Positions 60,652 to 64,000 of a stretch of 64,000 nucleotides of DNA are shown here, piece by piece. This DNA is from Vitrella brassicaformis CCMP3155 (lineage: Eukaryota > Protista > Chromerida). Under the pieces are notes generated by a model. That model was given only the letters and a program-made list of their open reading frames with translations, did no database searches and was not told where the DNA came from. The translations under genes and the position numbers were made by a program. The stretch's first letter is position 1. Every line of letters starts with the position of its first letter. Location: assembly GCA_001179505.1 (NCBI GenBank), contig CDMY01000929.1, positions 1 to 64,000 on the forward strand, written 5' to 3'.

Positions 60652-63600
60652 ATGTTCTTTCCCACTGCAGTGGCGTCGATCGCCCGGTGCCCGCGAGAGC
60701 TGTGGCTGATATTCCTCCTCCAGTACCTCGAATCGTACGCCTACTTCGTCTTCTCCCACACGCTCATTCCCTTCCTCACCGAGGAGATCGGCTTCGAGGA
60801 GGCCGGCCTGGCGTACGGCATCTTCGGCATGCTCGTGTCAGTGTACGGCTTTGTCATCGGCATCATCATAGATAACCTGGGGGTCAAGTGGAGCCTCGTA
60901 GGCGGGACAGCCATACTCTTCTGCTCCCGCCTGATGCTGACCTTCATCACCGACGTACACCTCCTGACGCTCATTCTGTTCACGGCGCTGCCCGTGGGCT
61001 CGGCGATGGGCATTCCCGTCATGCAGGTCAGGTGGGGGAGGGAGAGAACCGAGGCCCGCCAGTGATGGATGCCGACGATACGATGTGTGTGGGTTGTGTT
61101 TTGTGCGGTGTGTTCAGATTGGCATTCGAAGGTACACTGACGAGGGCAACAGGAGCCTGGGCTACTCCATCCTCTACGTCATGATGAGCCTCGCAGCCAT
61201 ATGCGCTGCACCGACAGTTGGTAACCCCCCCTCCCACGAACACACACAGAGAGAGCCATGCACACAGATGCACACGAAGCCCATCTCTATGTGTCGGCGT
61301 GTGTGCAGATGCCATCCACGAGGCCTTTCCGACGGGCGTGGCCATCGCCTTCGGCGCCCACACGTACAGGATATCCTCATCCAGGCTGCTCATATTCGCC
61401 GGGGCCGTCATGACCCTCGTCAGGTCAGCCAGGCACACCCAGCACACACAGCCATCTCACACAAGAGAGAGGCCATTGTGTGCTGGGTGTGTGTGTTGCA
61501 TGCAGTTTGGGGGTATCGCTGGTGTGCATGCGGGAGGTGTCGACGTCGCCACAGGGGCTGGTCTGCAGAGATACGGGCCGGGAGAAGGCCACACGCGACA
61601 CAAACACCGAGCAGAAGGGGCTCTTCGGCGCATTCAAGTGAGCCATCTAGAGGGGAGGATGTTTGCTGGCCTGCTCGCATCGTATGTCTGTGTCTGTATG
61701 TGTGTGTGTGTGTCTGTGTGTGTGTATCAGGGATGTGTTGAACCAGCCGAGCTTCTGGCGGTTCTTTTTGCTGGTGGTATTGCTGTTGGGCGTGCGCATG
61801 ATATACGGACACCTCGACGCAACCTTCCCAAAATACATGGTGGGCAGGGCACCTCACACACACACAGGAGCATACCCCTGTGTGTGCACTGTGTGTGTAT
61901 GTGTGTGTATGTGTGTGTGTATAGGTGCGTGAGTTCGGCAAGGATGTCATGTCCGGGTCGATCATCGCCATCAAGCCGCTGTGTGTGGCCATAGTGGTGC
62001 CCCTCCTCGCATTGGTCAACATGCGCCTCCACCCACTAAAGATGATAATCGTCGGCGTGTCGCTCTCGGCGCTGTCGCCGTTCCTCCTCGCCATGGGACA
62101 CACCTACACCACTGCCATCGGGTCAGCCAGCCAGGGAGGGAGGGAGGGGCCGCTGTTGTCAATCTGTCCTGTATTTCCCCGTGTGTGTAGGTTTGTGACC
62201 CTCCTGTCACTGGGCGAGGCGATTTGGTATCCGCGATTCTACGAGTACACCGTCGCCGTTGCCGCAAAGGTTAGACGGGGATGTGGTGGTGGCGGGAGCA
62301 CAGACACATCACATGAGTGTCCCCGTCTGTCTGTGTGTGGTTTGCGGTGTGTGTTTGATTGATCAGGGTCGTGAGGGCACTTACATGGCGTTGGCGTCGA
62401 CGCCCATGTTCATGGGCACACTAGTGACGGGCGCCATGTCGGGCTGGCTGCTCGACACATTCTGCCCAGAGACCGGTTCGCGTCACTCCGAGATGGTGTG
62501 GTTCATCGTGGGCTGCGTGAGCATCACATTGCCGCTCGGCATGATGCTCCTCTACGGGATTATTAAAGACAAGGTCACACTCACACACACGCTCGCACCT
62601 TCTCGCACACCCAAGGCGCCGTGTGTGTGTGTCTGCAGGCCCACCGTGTGCGCTCTGCCTCGTCAGTGCAAATAACGCTGACGGCCGACGAGCGTGAGAA
62701 GGAGCTCCAGCGTCTGGAGGGGGTGCTTAAGAGCTCCAACTCGGTCCCTCGCCTGTCTGCCTACGCCACTCTGCCGTCGACCGTCACGGCCACTGACCTG
62801 AGCACCAGCATCACCATAGTGCCGGCGGTGATGCTGGCAATTGCGTGCGGTGGTGCTGCCGCCGTGGCGTGTGTGTTGGTGCCCCTGCCCCCGGCTGTTT
62901 TGCTAGTGCTGATGGGTCTATGTGTGTGGCTGCCCAGCACCACCCACAGCACCCCCCGCACTCGCTCTCAGCACCACCACGACAGCACCGCCACAGTCAC
63001 CACCCCCACCCCCACCCCCAGGACCACCACCACCGCCACAGGGCCCATCAAGCCACCCCCCTCCCGCATCCCGCGGGCGCGCCGAGACAGAGGACCCCCT
63101 TCGTATCTCGCCCTCGCGCACCGCGCGATCAGGAGCTGCACTGCCCCCCTCACACGCCTTCCCTACCGCCGCCTAGAGTTCGCGGTAGGCGAGCTGCAGC
63201 TCATCGCGGCCTTCAAGCAGCACAAGGAGCGGGTCGAGCGGGAGGCCGAGCGGGAGGCCGAGAAGGCCAGGCAGGAGGCCAAGAAGGCCAGCATGGCGGC
63301 GCTCGAGGAGTCGCTGCGCAGCATGCTGGTCTTCGAGCAGCAGCAGCAGCAGGACGAGATGGCGAGGAGGGCCAGTGAGGCGGCGTTCGAGGAGTCCATC
63401 CCCAGCATGGTCACGGTCGGCCAGCAGCAGGGGTTGCTCCCCACGTACGTATATAACATACACAAACCCAGACAGACAGACAGACAGAGGAGGCGCCATG
63501 CATTCGCTCATTTCGATGTGCCACATTCATTGTCAGGCCGCCCCCCAGCCATCCACACGAACGTGCTGCTCGCCGCCGTGAGACCCGCCGCAGGATCGAG

Positions 63601-63800
63601 ACCATCATCCCTCGTCACGAAGAAGAGAAGGCGCTCGAGGAAAGGCGGCTCGAGGATATCCGCCGGCGGGAGGAGGAGAGGTTGAAGCGCGAGGCAGCCC
63701 TCAGCGAGCGCGAGTCGGCCATTCGCGAGCGCCTGCGCGTCGTGGAGGCCCGCCTTTGGTGGGTCGTCCCCCGCGAGCAGTGGCACAGACAGGTACACAA
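60652..63800 (+). CDS. MFS transporter (POT/PTR-like), multi-exon, with an apparent read-through C-terminal extension; 3' end unresolved
   Basis: Twelve-TM-type pattern: ELWLIFLLQYLESYAYF, G..ID.LG.K, IGIRRYT, GEAIWYPRFYEY, GREGTYMAL, SGWLL.TFCP. The phase-0 intron 62574-62638 joins an open frame of about 270 further codons. Confidence 0.9.
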
Positions 63801-64000
63801 ACACAATCCACACAGCACAGATGGCCACTCAGGCACACACACACACACACACGCAATCAATGTCTGTTGTGTTGTGTTGTGTTGTGTTGCACCTCGCAGA
63901 CTAATCTGCCGCCCGTGGCGCCCGTCTCAGACACGACGGAGGACTATGACCACCACCGCCTCCGCAACCTGCCCAGGGAGGTGCCCATCGCGTCGCCAAT

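Overview
This is eukaryotic nuclear DNA with many short spliceosomal introns rich in (GT)n/(CA)n microsatellites, plus four 300-N scaffold gaps. The intron style, the TLDc paralogues and a signal-peptide+ASAF plastid-targeting leader suggest a chromerid alga such as Vitrella brassicaformis (inference only). The window has three zones. (1) Bases 1-23.1 kb are mobile-element and pseudogene debris: inverted ~60-bp minisatellite arrays, an intronless small secreted six-cysteine peptide ORF, a decayed DIRS/Ngaro-type retrotransposon whose gag-like ORF is split by four frame-consistent GC-AG introns, two TLDc remnants, pogo-like transposase fragments, two LINE remnants with tetranucleotide tails, copia gag/RT fragments and an Ala/Gln repeat. 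(2) An internal telomere-like array, (CCCTAAG)35 plus degenerate units, at 23.1-23.9 kb is followed by a duplicated subtelomere-like module and apparently intact multi-exon genes: a GH38 alpha-mannosidase, a secreted Cys/His-rich protein, a RING finger fused to long acidic tandem repeats, a plastid-targeted bestrophin/VCCN-like channel, a type I membrane protein and a PP2C phosphatase. (3) Bases 50-64 kb are a duplication zone with repeated partial copies of an uncharacterised membrane-protein family, MFS 5' fragments, a ClpB/Hsp101 pseudogene and an MFS (POT-like) transporter that reads through into the repeated-family domain. No rRNA, tRNA or CRISPR array was seen. Exon boundaries were read by eye; no database searches were run.
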